This document shows, piece by piece, positions 28,605-38,189 of a stretch of 54,538 nt of DNA; positions within the stretch are counted from its first letter, which is position 1; each line of letters starts with the position of its first letter. This stretch comes from an uncultured bacterium (lineage in GTDB: Bacteria; Babelota; Babeliae; Babelales; CAIQNR01): positions 1 through 54,538 of the forward strand of contig CAIQNR010000031.1 in the NCBI GenBank assembly GCA_903873255.1, in the 5' to 3' direction. The position numbers and the translations under genes are program-made. The notes under the pieces were generated by a model that ran no database searches, was not told where the DNA came from, and saw only the letters and a list, made by a program, of their open reading frames with translations.

Positions 28605-29723
28605 GTGAACAAAAAAGTATCCTTCCTGCTCTTTACCCTCATCTGCTTTTCATTCAAAGCAAGCAACCAGTTTATGCAAGATTCTGAAACTCAATACGAA
28701 GAAGCAAAAAAAGAGTCTCGTCGCGATAAAAAAAGACGAGACATTAAGAAAAAACAGGAGGCAGAAAGACAAGAGGAAGAAAATCAAAATGTATCTCGCC
28801 TTTCATTTAATACTGATAACTCTATCCCTGTGCTCACAGTAAAAAACACTCAACCACAAATAAAAAAAGTATCATTTTTTTGCTACCCCCTTGTTTTTAC
28901 ATCGGATGGAATAGCATCATTTTTTAACCATAGTTTTAATAGAGAAGAGTATGGCAAAGAATTTTTGCCCCATAACCTTTCCCATCTAAGCCAAATTATT
29001 TGTCATGGACAAACAGCTGGCCTTTCTAAAGAATTTACGGAAGGAGCCATTCGCTTATTTCATCAAAAACTAAAAATGTGCCCTTACATAAGCGCTCCTG
29101 CCGTTGAAAAATTCTTAGATCAAACTGCTCCTTACCTTGAGCTTCAACTTGCAAAAAGAGAGTTCAGCTTATGGGGAGAGATTAAAGACACATTAGTAGA
29201 TCGCTTTAAATCTCAATTTTCATTTCTACAAGATGATCCTTTAGGCTTTTTTGAACATGTTTCAAAAGAACTTGATGAAAAAATAACTACCAACATTATT
29301 TCACCTGAACGTGCACGCGCTACACTGGTAAAGTTTTTAAACAGCGGCCTTGATAAAATTATCTGGAGCCCTGATGACCAAGAACGAACCTGGGAATCGT
29401 TTAAAAAACTGGGAGGTTCACTTGAATATCTCCATAAAACAAGAGTAATTCCTGATCCTCTTGATGTTAATGATCTCTATTGGTCACTTGTTGAACGGTA
29501 TTGCTATTTTCTTGAGCTTGTAGGGACACAACTTAACTTAGAAACATGCCAACGCATCAAAAAAGATATTGCGGAAAAAAATATTTCTTGGCTTTTAACC
29601 TCAGAACAAGAAAAAGGGATTACTACCAAATTAGAAAAAATTGCACATGCCGTTATGGAAACAGAAGCACGAATACTCGCAAAAAATAATGGTATTTTTA
29701 CAGAAAAAATGTTTATGCAATAA
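28605..29723 (+). CDS. Secreted hypothetical protein, helical
   Basis: AAGGAG RBS, GTG start, signal peptide ending FKA, charged helix then globular domain. Confidence 0.8.
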   Translation: MNKKVSFLLFTLICFSFKASNQFMQDSETQYEEAKKESRRDKKRRDIKKKQEAERQEEENQNVSRLSFNTDNSIPVLTVKNTQPQIKKVSFFCYPLVFTSDGIASFFNHSFNREEYGKEFLPHNLSHLSQIICHGQTAGLSKEFTEGAIRLFHQKLKMCPYISAPAVEKFLDQTAPYLELQLAKREFSLWGEIKDTLVDRFKSQFSFLQDDPLGFFEHVSKELDEKITTNIISPERARATLVKFLNSGLDKIIWSPDDQERTWESFKKLGGSLEYLHKTRVIPDPLDVNDLYWSLVERYCYFLELVGTQLNLETCQRIKKDIAEKNISWLLTSEQEKGITTKLEKIAHAVMETEARILAKNNGIFTEKMFMQ

Positions 29724-29813
29724 TCGCACAATTGTTTTTATAAGCGATCAAGCTAAACTATAATCGTTATTTTAAAACCGGCCCTATGTACCATCTTTTT
29801 TAAGGAGCTCCCC

Positions 29814-30479
29814 ATGAAAAAATTACTCATATGCTTACTGGTAGTATCAGCAATGCCAGCTTTTTCATCTGATGATTTTTCAGTAAAAAATTTAGATGCA
29901 AAAACAATCACAAAACTCAACACGCCTACTATTACAAAAATACTTTCCAGCTTTCTTGCTGAAGTTAAAGCAATACTCACCTATACTACCCATACAGAAA
30001 ACAGTTCAGCTCTTGTTCAAGAATATCTTGCATGTTTTGGAGAAAACGATTTAAACGATATGAGCTCTTTAAAACTTTTAGAAATTGTAGAAGAGATTGT
30101 TGTTATTCATAAAAAACATACCAATGAAATAGATTTAGAAACAGATGCATCCCTCGCATTTACCGCAGATCTATTGATAAACAAACCTAATACACTTGCA
30201 GCACGCAACGTTTACTTTATTTATGCTATTTACCGCATGCTTCTTCTTCCTCTTTCAATTTCTGATATTGAGCTTGATGCAGCAACACAAAGTAAAATTA
30301 ATGCTCTTTCTGTTCTTCAATATCCAACGAATCACTCTCTTGATGAAGTTAAGCAAGCTCTTTCTATAGCAACTTCAAGTAGTCTTAAAACAAAAGATAA
30401 AATAGATACTTTTAAAGAATTATATATCAGCAGTTTGCTTAAAATTAAGCTCAATATCCAAAACGAAACACAAGAGTAA
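29814..30479 (+). CDS. Secreted helical orphan; core paralogous to 31571-32434
   Basis: AAGGAG RBS, signal peptide ending AFS; TADLLINKP versus TANILVNNP in the paralog. Confidence 0.8.
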   Translation: MKKLLICLLVVSAMPAFSSDDFSVKNLDAKTITKLNTPTITKILSSFLAEVKAILTYTTHTENSSALVQEYLACFGENDLNDMSSLKLLEIVEEIVVIHKKHTNEIDLETDASLAFTADLLINKPNTLAARNVYFIYAIYRMLLLPLSISDIELDAATQSKINALSVLQYPTNHSLDEVKQALSIATSSSLKTKDKIDTFKELYISSLLKIKLNIQNETQE

Positions 30480-30565
30480 ATACGATGGGGAGCTCAAAAT
30501 TCTCCCTACAAAGAACTTCTAATAACTATAAAATCCAAAGCTCTCTCCTGAATAAATAATATCTA

Positions 30566-30609
30566 CCGCTCGCTTCGAGTGTTTACCGCTAGGTAAATGT
30601 ATCGAAACG
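30566..30609. repeat. REP-like GC-rich intergenic palindrome
   Basis: ccgctcgc-ttcga-gtg-tttacc-gcta-ggtaaa-tgta-tcgaa-acg forms a bulged hairpin. Confidence 0.6.
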
Positions 30610-30619
30610 TAAAATTCTT

Positions 30620-30652
30620 AAGGGATCGATCCAAAAAAATCGATCCTTTTTT
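30620..30652 (+). terminator. Intrinsic terminator
   Basis: ggatcgat-ccaaaaaa-atcgatcc followed by T6. Confidence 0.75.
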
Positions 30653-30767
30653 ATGTCAAAAATAAGCCTATAACAACTTTTTCATGCAAAACTCTTGATT
30701 TTAATCATGTAAAAAAACGATACTAATTACAGATAGAAAGTTTTTAAATTACATGGAAGGTTATGAT

Positions 30768-31535
30768 ATGAGGCGTTTTTTAACAGTTATTTTCTTATTT
30801 GCTTATAATTCTGATGCATTATGCAATAGCAATTTTGATACAACAAAAAAAATGGTGTCTCAACTTAATGCCGTGGGGCAGACACCGAGATTCAATAGTG
30901 AGGTCGAATTTCTTAGCTTTATGAATTGCAGGGAAAGGAAGAGGCTAGATGTGCATTACAGGGAAATGGTGGAGCGACGCGGTAGGAGGGGAAATGAGAG
31001 TGTGGCTATTAGATCATTAAATGACCAACCTATTATTATTGAAAATTCTTCTACCCCATTTAATAAAGTATTAGTTTATTTTTATACAAACGGTAGCGTA
31101 CGAACCATTATTACACAGCTTAATTTCAGAGATCAGCCCGTTGATAATTTTGATTATAGCAAAGTGTATCTAATAAATACTGCTGATGGTTCTTTTTTTG
31201 GTACCTTATCAGGCCTTACATACGATGCTATAAAAGATGCCTACAAAAACCTTGCTATTACTAATATCAATCCACTTAATCAACCAACTGAAGCAACAAT
31301 TGAAACTCCAGAAAAACAAGCAGTTGAGACTGCACCTGTAGTTGATGATCTTACAGTTGCATCAGATGATGCTGCAAATACTGACACTACCTCAATTGAT
31401 CAACCAACTGAAGCAGTAGCTGAAGATATACCAGAACAATCATTTGAACCTGCACCAGCTACAAATGATGATAGAGCAGTATCAGATAATGCTGCAAATA
31501 CTAACGTTGAACCAGAAACACAATTAATAGAATAA
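30768..31535 (+). CDS. Secreted mosaic orphan with duplicated acidic T/A/P/D tail
   Basis: Signal region nearly identical to the next gene; two imperfect repeats of about 40 aa, QPTEA...SD(D/N)AANT. Confidence 0.78.
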   Translation: MRRFLTVIFLFAYNSDALCNSNFDTTKKMVSQLNAVGQTPRFNSEVEFLSFMNCRERKRLDVHYREMVERRGRRGNESVAIRSLNDQPIIIENSSTPFNKVLVYFYTNGSVRTIITQLNFRDQPVDNFDYSKVYLINTADGSFFGTLSGLTYDAIKDAYKNLAITNINPLNQPTEATIETPEKQAVETAPVVDDLTVASDDAANTDTTSIDQPTEAVAEDIPEQSFEPAPATNDDRAVSDNAANTNVEPETQLIE

Positions 31536-31570
31536 AAAATACTGTTTACATTTAAATGAAAGGTTATGAT

Positions 31571-32434
31571 ATGAAACGTTTTTTACCAGTTATTTTCTTA
31601 CTTGCTTACAGCTCTAATGCCCTTTGCAGTAGCAATCCAGATACTACCACAGCTCAAATAGTAAATGCATTTGATATCGCCCAAAATGCTCTACTACAAA
31701 AAGAACAAGCATTACAAATCGATCCTAATGGAAAAGAATCACAAGAAATATTCAAAAATTTAATAAATGAATTACAAAATATATTGATGTATGCAAGTTA
31801 CTGTAAAAATTTTAAGCCCTATACAGAACCAATTCTTACACTACTAAAAAACCAGAACCTAGAAACAATGTCAGCAGAAGAATCACAAATGCTTGGTCTG
31901 CAAATAGTGCTTCAACTGTCTACTATGGCCGGAAATATCCCGCAAAATAATGGTGTTCCATCCTATAAAGCAACTGCAAATATATTAGTTAATAACCCAG
32001 GAGAAATAGCACCTCAGCTTACATACCTCGTATTAGCATTAATGCGAACAATGGCTATATGGGTTGAAGCAATTGCAGATGATAAAAATATTCCAATCCC
32101 AAATACCATTCAAGAAATATTTAATGGATTAAAAATGCTTAAAAACCCTGCAACAAGTACTGTTCAAGAAGTAGAAAAGGGTCTACAAAAAATTAATCTT
32201 TTAGGATTAATAACTAATAAAGAAAAAATAAGTGAAGTTATAGCTTTTTATACAGCGATACAAAATGCCAGCCAAAATCTTGATACTCAACAAATACCTG
32301 CTCCTACTACTGAAAATACAGAGATTATAACGGATACCACACAAGCACAACCAACAAAAAATGAGCCCGTTACAGATGACGTTATTGTAGCAACAGATGA
32401 TGCTGTAAATACTGACGCGCAACCAGCAAATTAA
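31571..32434 (+). CDS. Secreted mosaic orphan
   Basis: MKRFLPVIFLLAYSSNALC signal; helical core similar to the 29814 protein; tail PVTDDVIVATDDAVNTD. Confidence 0.8.
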   Translation: MKRFLPVIFLLAYSSNALCSSNPDTTTAQIVNAFDIAQNALLQKEQALQIDPNGKESQEIFKNLINELQNILMYASYCKNFKPYTEPILTLLKNQNLETMSAEESQMLGLQIVLQLSTMAGNIPQNNGVPSYKATANILVNNPGEIAPQLTYLVLALMRTMAIWVEAIADDKNIPIPNTIQEIFNGLKMLKNPATSTVQEVEKGLQKINLLGLITNKEKISEVIAFYTAIQNASQNLDTQQIPAPTTENTEIITDTTQAQPTKNEPVTDDVIVATDDAVNTDAQPAN

Positions 32435-32547
32435 GCTCTATTGATACTTACTTTACCGCAACTTGCAGATGGTTATTACTGCTGATGTAATAACTGACAC
32501 AAATAATTAATACATGCGACTAAAAATCGTATAAAAAGGAGATTGTT

Positions 32548-33000
32548 ATGAAGAAGATCAGAATAATAAGCGTATTGGGATTGGGAGTTCTTGCTCTAAC
32601 ATTAAAAGCACCGGGTATTTTACTGGATATGCCTGAGAATAACCCTTCAATTCCCCTTACGAAAGAAGTACAAAATGGTTATAAAAAAATCGAGAAGATC
32701 TGGCAACAAAATAATAAAAGATCTCAGCAAAATCTTATTTCAAGGGATAAAGAAGGCCCTAGGATAAAAATAAAACAATTACAAACACAATTAGAAACAA
32801 AACAATTAGAACAACCATTATTACAAACACAACAACCAAAAAAATTAAGTACTCAAAGAGTTCGTCCTATAAAAAAGACTCTATCAAGAACTAACAGTTC
32901 CCCTCTTCTTGATGCATCTGTACCAACTGGACAAACTCAAACACAAGCTTCTTCTGAGCTTTTTGATGTATCTGTACCAACTGGACAAACTCAAACATAA
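32548..33000 (+). CDS. Secreted low-complexity orphan, truncated by a nonsense change in its repeat
   Basis: AGGAG RBS, signal peptide ending LKA, Q/K/T-rich; the stop TAA corresponds to CAA in the preceding repeat copy. Confidence 0.7.
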   Translation: MKKIRIISVLGLGVLALTLKAPGILLDMPENNPSIPLTKEVQNGYKKIEKIWQQNNKRSQQNLISRDKEGPRIKIKQLQTQLETKQLEQPLLQTQQPKKLSTQRVRPIKKTLSRTNSSPLLDASVPTGQTQTQASSELFDVSVPTGQTQT

Positions 33001-33021
33001 GCTTCTTCTGAGCTTTTTGAT
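32909..33021 (+). repeat. 54-bp tandem repeat x2
   Basis: gatg(c/t)atctgtaccaactggacaaactcaaaca(c/t)aagcttcttctgagcttttt at 32911 and 32965. Confidence 0.92.
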
Positions 33022-33093
33022 ATAAACGTACATTGAGACAGTTCTCTATTTATTAATGCAATTATAAAAAAATAGAGATAAAATTGAATTTTT

Positions 33094-33124
33094 AAAGGGA
33101 TTTCCTAAAAAGAGATCCCTTTTT
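33094..33124. terminator. Bidirectional terminator between convergent genes
   Basis: aaagggatttc-ctaaaaa-gagatcccttttt. Confidence 0.7.
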
Positions 33125-33138
33125 CTAATGCACTTATC

Positions 33139-34377
33139 TTAAAAATGCATTGCTATATCAAACCCAATAGTAGGTGCATCAAGTGATCGCTTACCATTAA
33201 AAGGTATTTGAGCAAAGACAGAAAAAATAGGTGAAACAACACCACGCGTTCCCAGATTGTCATAACGAAACTGCATAAATATATCATGAGTTGTCCATTC
33301 CTTAAGGCCCATTGCCTTACTTGCGGTAATAGAAGAAAAATCATTATTTAAAATACAGAGTTTGTCATGGCCATGTTTTGTATGTTGATAAGCAATTCTA
33401 ACAACCATAGTATCGGTTAGTTGAGGTTCAAGATATAAATTAAAACGTTGCGTAATGCCATATTCTTTACGTGCATCAGCTTTTTGTAAAAACAAAAAAT
33501 CTGTTTGTAATAGATCGGTCATAATTCTTCTATGCTTAGTACAACTAAATATTTGTTCAAATCCTACATCGATACCAGCACGTAAAAACTTTTTAAATTT
33601 AAGATCAATTCCAGCACCAAAAGGCAATGCAAATGCACCATCATTACCAAATGCATATGAGAATGCTTGATCTTCATTTTTACACTTACCCGTTGGGAAA
33701 GAAACACCTAAGCGTGCATTAATTCCAACCTCTTTTAACCATTCTTTCTCTTGTAAAAAAACACGCATCCAATGAAGGTACGTCGTTAGATCACCAGGCC
33801 CAACAGCAGACCAATCTGTCAATCTAAGACCTCCAAATGTTTCTACATTATTAAAAAAGTTATCGGTCAGTAATTGGTGTGTAAGCATATCGTCATAAGT
33901 CAAATTCTGAGTTTGATCAACCCATGATGTATGATTAATTCGTGCTATATACACAGGCATACGAAACCGCAAAAACCACTCACTAAAAAAACGATAGCTG
34001 TATTCAAAAACTGAACTTTCAAAAGAAAGATCGCCATTAATAACAAAATGGCCTCTCATTCCGTTATCATCATCAATATTAATATTTTGGCCAATCTGGC
34101 TTTCTATAGATCCAACAGGAAAACCTTTAAGCATTGCTAAAGCATCCTGTGTTGTTGCTAAATATTGAAGTGGATTTACTTTATCACCATGGCAAGATCT
34201 GCCCTGCCCCGCAAAAGAAATACTTGGTATTACAAGAATTTCATGTTTTTTAAGCCGTTGTAAATGGGATCTAAAATTAATATCAGCAAGAGATCTTTCA
34301 AAAAAATTTATTGCGTCCACTGAAAAGCAACTTATTAATACACTCGATAAAATTATTTTTTTCATACAATTACTCAT
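33139..34377 (-). CDS. Putative outer-membrane beta-barrel protein
   Basis: Signal peptide (MKKIIL..VDA; start may be 34365), amphipathic strands, GPGDL and VSFPTG motifs, terminal IGFDIAMHF beta-signal. Confidence 0.7.
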   Translation of the reverse strand: MSNCMKKIILSSVLISCFSVDAINFFERSLADINFRSHLQRLKKHEILVIPSISFAGQGRSCHGDKVNPLQYLATTQDALAMLKGFPVGSIESQIGQNINIDDDNGMRGHFVINGDLSFESSVFEYSYRFFSEWFLRFRMPVYIARINHTSWVDQTQNLTYDDMLTHQLLTDNFFNNVETFGGLRLTDWSAVGPGDLTTYLHWMRVFLQEKEWLKEVGINARLGVSFPTGKCKNEDQAFSYAFGNDGAFALPFGAGIDLKFKKFLRAGIDVGFEQIFSCTKHRRIMTDLLQTDFLFLQKADARKEYGITQRFNLYLEPQLTDTMVVRIAYQHTKHGHDKLCILNNDFSSITASKAMGLKEWTTHDIFMQFRYDNLGTRGVVSPIFSVFAQIPFNGKRSLDAPTIGFDIAMHF

Positions 34378-34382
34378 TTTTA

Positions 34383-37310
34383 TTATTCAAGAATTTGAAG
34401 GCCATCATTTGTTACTACAATTAAAGACCCTAATGCGGAATTACGTACTATACCAGCAATACGTGTTGGGGTAGTTTGAAAAGGAATTGATTGAATATGA
34501 CGAGCAATCATACCAGTAAATGGCTCTGCAAATCCCAAATCACTTGGCAAAGCTTGTAACAATGCAAGATTATTTCCATACGCAGACCTTGTAATAAAGG
34601 GTACCGCACCATCGGTTATGTAATAATTTCTGTACTCACCAATATGCACATAGGGACTTATTATTCCAAGAAGCAGCCCATCTGGTATGCGTTGGACCGT
34701 AGTACTTGTAACACCACCTGTAGCATCTGCAATAGAAAATCTGTAAACAGAAGAAAGTTTATAACCAACTGACGATGCGAGCACATCAATCTGCCCGCCA
34801 ATTGTATCTTTTGCTATATCATATGAAAAACCAGTAGTAGAAAATGGCACAAGACGTGTTATAGCAGTTGGCCCTTCTGCCACTGAAATTTTATTCCATA
34901 AAGCACTTTCTGTACCTGTTGCTGTAGAAATAACACCTCCAGCCCCCGTTGTATACAGACCCATACTTGTTGCAAGAAGCGCAAGATCACCAGACACTAC
35001 ACAATCGGAAAAACTTCCAAATTGAGGCAATGCTAAAGAAGTTGGAGTTGCCAGTGGAACCGGAGTTACCGTACTGCCCTGTAACTGTGCTGTGGGGATG
35101 CGATCTAATTTTTTATTGGTAAGTACATACAGATTTTGGCCATCAGAAGTTAATTTTCTAATATTGGTATAAGAACCTAATTGAACCCATGAAAAATTAT
35201 TAATCCCATTAAATGATTTTTGCAAACTTGTCCAACCTGTTCCATCTTCTGCTCGTAGTACCGCAAGACCTCCAGTACCCCCTATAACAAGATAGGTGCC
35301 ATAAGAATAAGTTGTCTCTTTTACTAATGTTGCACTTGTAATGGCTCCAAGATTAGCAAGAGCTCCGCCAGACATTGTGATCATATAAGTATTTGAAGTT
35401 GGTGCGCTGCTAATGGTACCAGTAGTAAATATTTTATTGTCAGAACCGACAAAATTTCCTATACGTGGCGCAAAATAATTAGCCCCATTATCTTGTCCTG
35501 TTTCTACTAAAACAATTTTTTCATATCCCGTTGCAAGCATCAAAGATGTTCTAGAGCCTACCGTTGTGGTAAATCCAACAGAATTTTTTGGGAAATCAAA
35601 AAGACCATAAATACCTTCTGTAGCAGAAAATGTTTGTTGAAGTTGATCATTAAAACCAACAGTTTCATCAGTAGTTAAGCCTCCTAAAAGATTATCTGTA
35701 GCTCCAGCTCCCCAAGTAGAACTAATTACCGTATCAATAGTACTGCTTGAACTCCCCTGTAATGCAAACATTGTCCCTTGATTAGAATCAAAACTAATAC
35801 CAAAAAAACCAGTTGTACTATCTGTTGCATTTATTACTTGTTGCCATGGTGTCCACGCTTTAATTGCACCATTATTATCAAGCAATGCTTGAGAATAAAA
35901 AATTCCTGCAAAATCTGCCGTTCCTGTAACAGTAGAAACAAATACTGTATCTTTAAAAACTTGAATATCCTGAATGTTTCCAATGGTAACTCCACCACCA
36001 ACTTGAGCAGATGCATCAGTTTCTATGGGAAGATGAGATGGCACTGTAGGCGCAACTTGAAAAGCTCTTCTTACAATGCGAGAGGGAGTAACATTGGTAT
36101 CGTACAATGTTGTTAAATTTGTGCCTGAATTAATAACTTTACTTGCAAGAACCCCATGAGATGGATCAGTCCATACAGTTGAACGAAGATTTACTAACCT
36201 TTTATCAACAATCGGTAATGCATACACCGTTTTTTGATTGTTAGTATTTGATGCATTTCCTACAACAACAAGATATGACGGACCTGTCGTTGTATGCATA
36301 ACACGCACTTTACGTAAACAAGCAACTGTTCCTGCACCAACCCCACCAAGAATAGTATTAGTTCCTGTAAATAATGCTCCTTGAACAAATGGAGCTATAA
36401 TAACTTTTGGAATTATTATGTATTTTCCTATTTCATTAAGAACCTGAGTCCCTGCAAGATACACCATTGCAATACCAATTGCGCCATCAGTACCAGCTCC
36501 ATTGCCCGTGGATTGAAACACAATATAACCACGCTGTAAAACTTCATCCCAAACCATATCAAGAATAGTATGATCAAATGTTGGCGTAGTTCCAATTGTT
36601 AAAAAATTAAGAGTTGGATCCAAAGGCACCGCCTTAATACCTGTATCATTTAAAAGTGCTGCACACTGTATAATTCCTGTATACCCTGCTTGCAATAATG
36701 CAACACCTGATCCTATATCGCCAAAATTTCCACCTGTTTTTTTTACAATATTAAAAATATAATTATTTGAAGCTGCTATTTTAAGAACGCCAGCAGTAAC
36801 TGATCCATCAACATTTTGAATCCCTTGAGCATCTTTAATACCAGTAATAGAAGTTACTACAACTGGAGTTGAACCTAAACCACTACTAATCCAATAAAGA
36901 TTACTTGGGGTATCGTTACAAACTACTACAGGGGTTGTTCGATAAAGCCCCATCGCAGCTATTTTTTGTCCTATCAATGGATTAGCTTGATCGGCAACTC
37001 CATTGAGATTTACAAGCGTTGGCGCAAGAGGGGAGAAAGTTGAATTTAAAATAGAACATCCAGCTACTGAAAACTGGCGTATAGAATCAGGAGATATGTT
37101 ATCAGTTGAGCTGAACCTTGCTGTATAAAAAAGACCAGTATCTCCTGCTGATTGCGAAACATCAAAAGAAAAACTTTTCCCTGCTGGGGCATCAGCATCA
37201 CCAGTAATAACAACTCGTCCATTACAACTAAAAAACAAACTCACCGATAGGAGCAATTGCATACATTTTAAAGAAATCATACATACCCTCAATAACATTT
37301 TTATTCTCAA
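34383..37310 (-). CDS. Large secreted Thr/Gly-rich beta-rich (propeller-like) surface protein
   Basis: N-terminal hydrophobic leader; blade-like repeats LVIGGTGGL, LYVLTNKKL, LLATSMGLY, LIVVTNDGL. Start uncertain. Confidence 0.75.
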   Translation of the reverse strand: MRIKMLLRVCMISLKCMQLLLSVSLFFSCNGRVVITGDADAPAGKSFSFDVSQSAGDTGLFYTARFSSTDNISPDSIRQFSVAGCSILNSTFSPLAPTLVNLNGVADQANPLIGQKIAAMGLYRTTPVVVCNDTPSNLYWISSGLGSTPVVVTSITGIKDAQGIQNVDGSVTAGVLKIAASNNYIFNIVKKTGGNFGDIGSGVALLQAGYTGIIQCAALLNDTGIKAVPLDPTLNFLTIGTTPTFDHTILDMVWDEVLQRGYIVFQSTGNGAGTDGAIGIAMVYLAGTQVLNEIGKYIIIPKVIIAPFVQGALFTGTNTILGGVGAGTVACLRKVRVMHTTTGPSYLVVVGNASNTNNQKTVYALPIVDKRLVNLRSTVWTDPSHGVLASKVINSGTNLTTLYDTNVTPSRIVRRAFQVAPTVPSHLPIETDASAQVGGGVTIGNIQDIQVFKDTVFVSTVTGTADFAGIFYSQALLDNNGAIKAWTPWQQVINATDSTTGFFGISFDSNQGTMFALQGSSSSTIDTVISSTWGAGATDNLLGGLTTDETVGFNDQLQQTFSATEGIYGLFDFPKNSVGFTTTVGSRTSLMLATGYEKIVLVETGQDNGANYFAPRIGNFVGSDNKIFTTGTISSAPTSNTYMITMSGGALANLGAITSATLVKETTYSYGTYLVIGGTGGLAVLRAEDGTGWTSLQKSFNGINNFSWVQLGSYTNIRKLTSDGQNLYVLTNKKLDRIPTAQLQGSTVTPVPLATPTSLALPQFGSFSDCVVSGDLALLATSMGLYTTGAGGVISTATGTESALWNKISVAEGPTAITRLVPFSTTGFSYDIAKDTIGGQIDVLASSVGYKLSSVYRFSIADATGGVTSTTVQRIPDGLLLGIISPYVHIGEYRNYYITDGAVPFITRSAYGNNLALLQALPSDLGFAEPFTGMIARHIQSIPFQTTPTRIAGIVRNSALGSLIVVTNDGLQILE

Positions 37311-37419
37311 TCTTATGAATGTGGATTATAGATTAAAAAGCCTAACCTGTGAAATTAAAAGCTCCAAGCTTATTAAGACTTGCAATATGAAATAAAAAAA
37401 ACTCGAAAAAGGCCCTGTA

Positions 37420-37448
37420 TTGCACTTTAGACATAAATTTATTATACT
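37420..37448 (+). promoter_or_regulatory. Sigma70 promoter
   Basis: TTGCAC-17bp-TATACT upstream of 37493. Confidence 0.55.
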
Positions 37449-37492
37449 AATAATGTAATAGTCTAAAAGAAACTTAAAATAATGGGGTTACG

Positions 37493-38023
37493 ATGCAAAA
37501 AAAATTAATTATATCAATGATCATGGCAAGTCAATTTATCTATGGAGCTGAAAAACCATCTTCATTAACAAATCTTATCAACAGATACTGGAATTCTGGA
37601 TTTCCTTCAAACAATGTTTCACCACAAATAGAAGCTCAAAAAGAAGCAGCTTTATTACGCAAACAATTTAAAGAACATACTTTTATGCCTACTTCATGGG
37701 AATGTCATTTTGAAGACAAGGGCGATGAAGCTGTAGAAACAAGAAAAAATGCAGAAACATATAGAGTTGAAAGTCATTTAGCTACTACATATAAAAGAGC
37801 AGGTTTACCCTTAGACTCAGAAATGCAAAAAGCATGGGATCGACAACAAAAAGAAAGGGCTGAAGCTTCTCATAGAGGCCTCGATGCTGCTGCAAGACAA
37901 GATGCTGAACAAGCTAAAGCAGAAGCAAGAACTGCCGAAGAAGCCCGAATTAGAGCTAGAAATGGTTATATGCGTGCTGATCACCCAGAAGAAGTTAATT
38001 ATCACCCAATAGACCTTGAGTAA
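37493..38023 (+). CDS. Secreted orphan with charged helical C-terminus
   Basis: MQKKLII..IYG signal peptide; A/E/R-rich helix. Confidence 0.72.
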   Translation: MQKKLIISMIMASQFIYGAEKPSSLTNLINRYWNSGFPSNNVSPQIEAQKEAALLRKQFKEHTFMPTSWECHFEDKGDEAVETRKNAETYRVESHLATTYKRAGLPLDSEMQKAWDRQQKERAEASHRGLDAAARQDAEQAKAEARTAEEARIRARNGYMRADHPEEVNYHPIDLE

Positions 38024-38189
38024 TAGGTATTTAAAATTTTAATCCTACTCAACAAGCAACTTTGGCGACTTGTTTCACATCATTTCTTTACAAAATTGAG
38101 CAAGCAATTTAACAATTTACAATTTTATAAAACATCTTATAATTATCATTTCTCTTAGAAATTATTTTAATAAGAATGGATATTTTATT

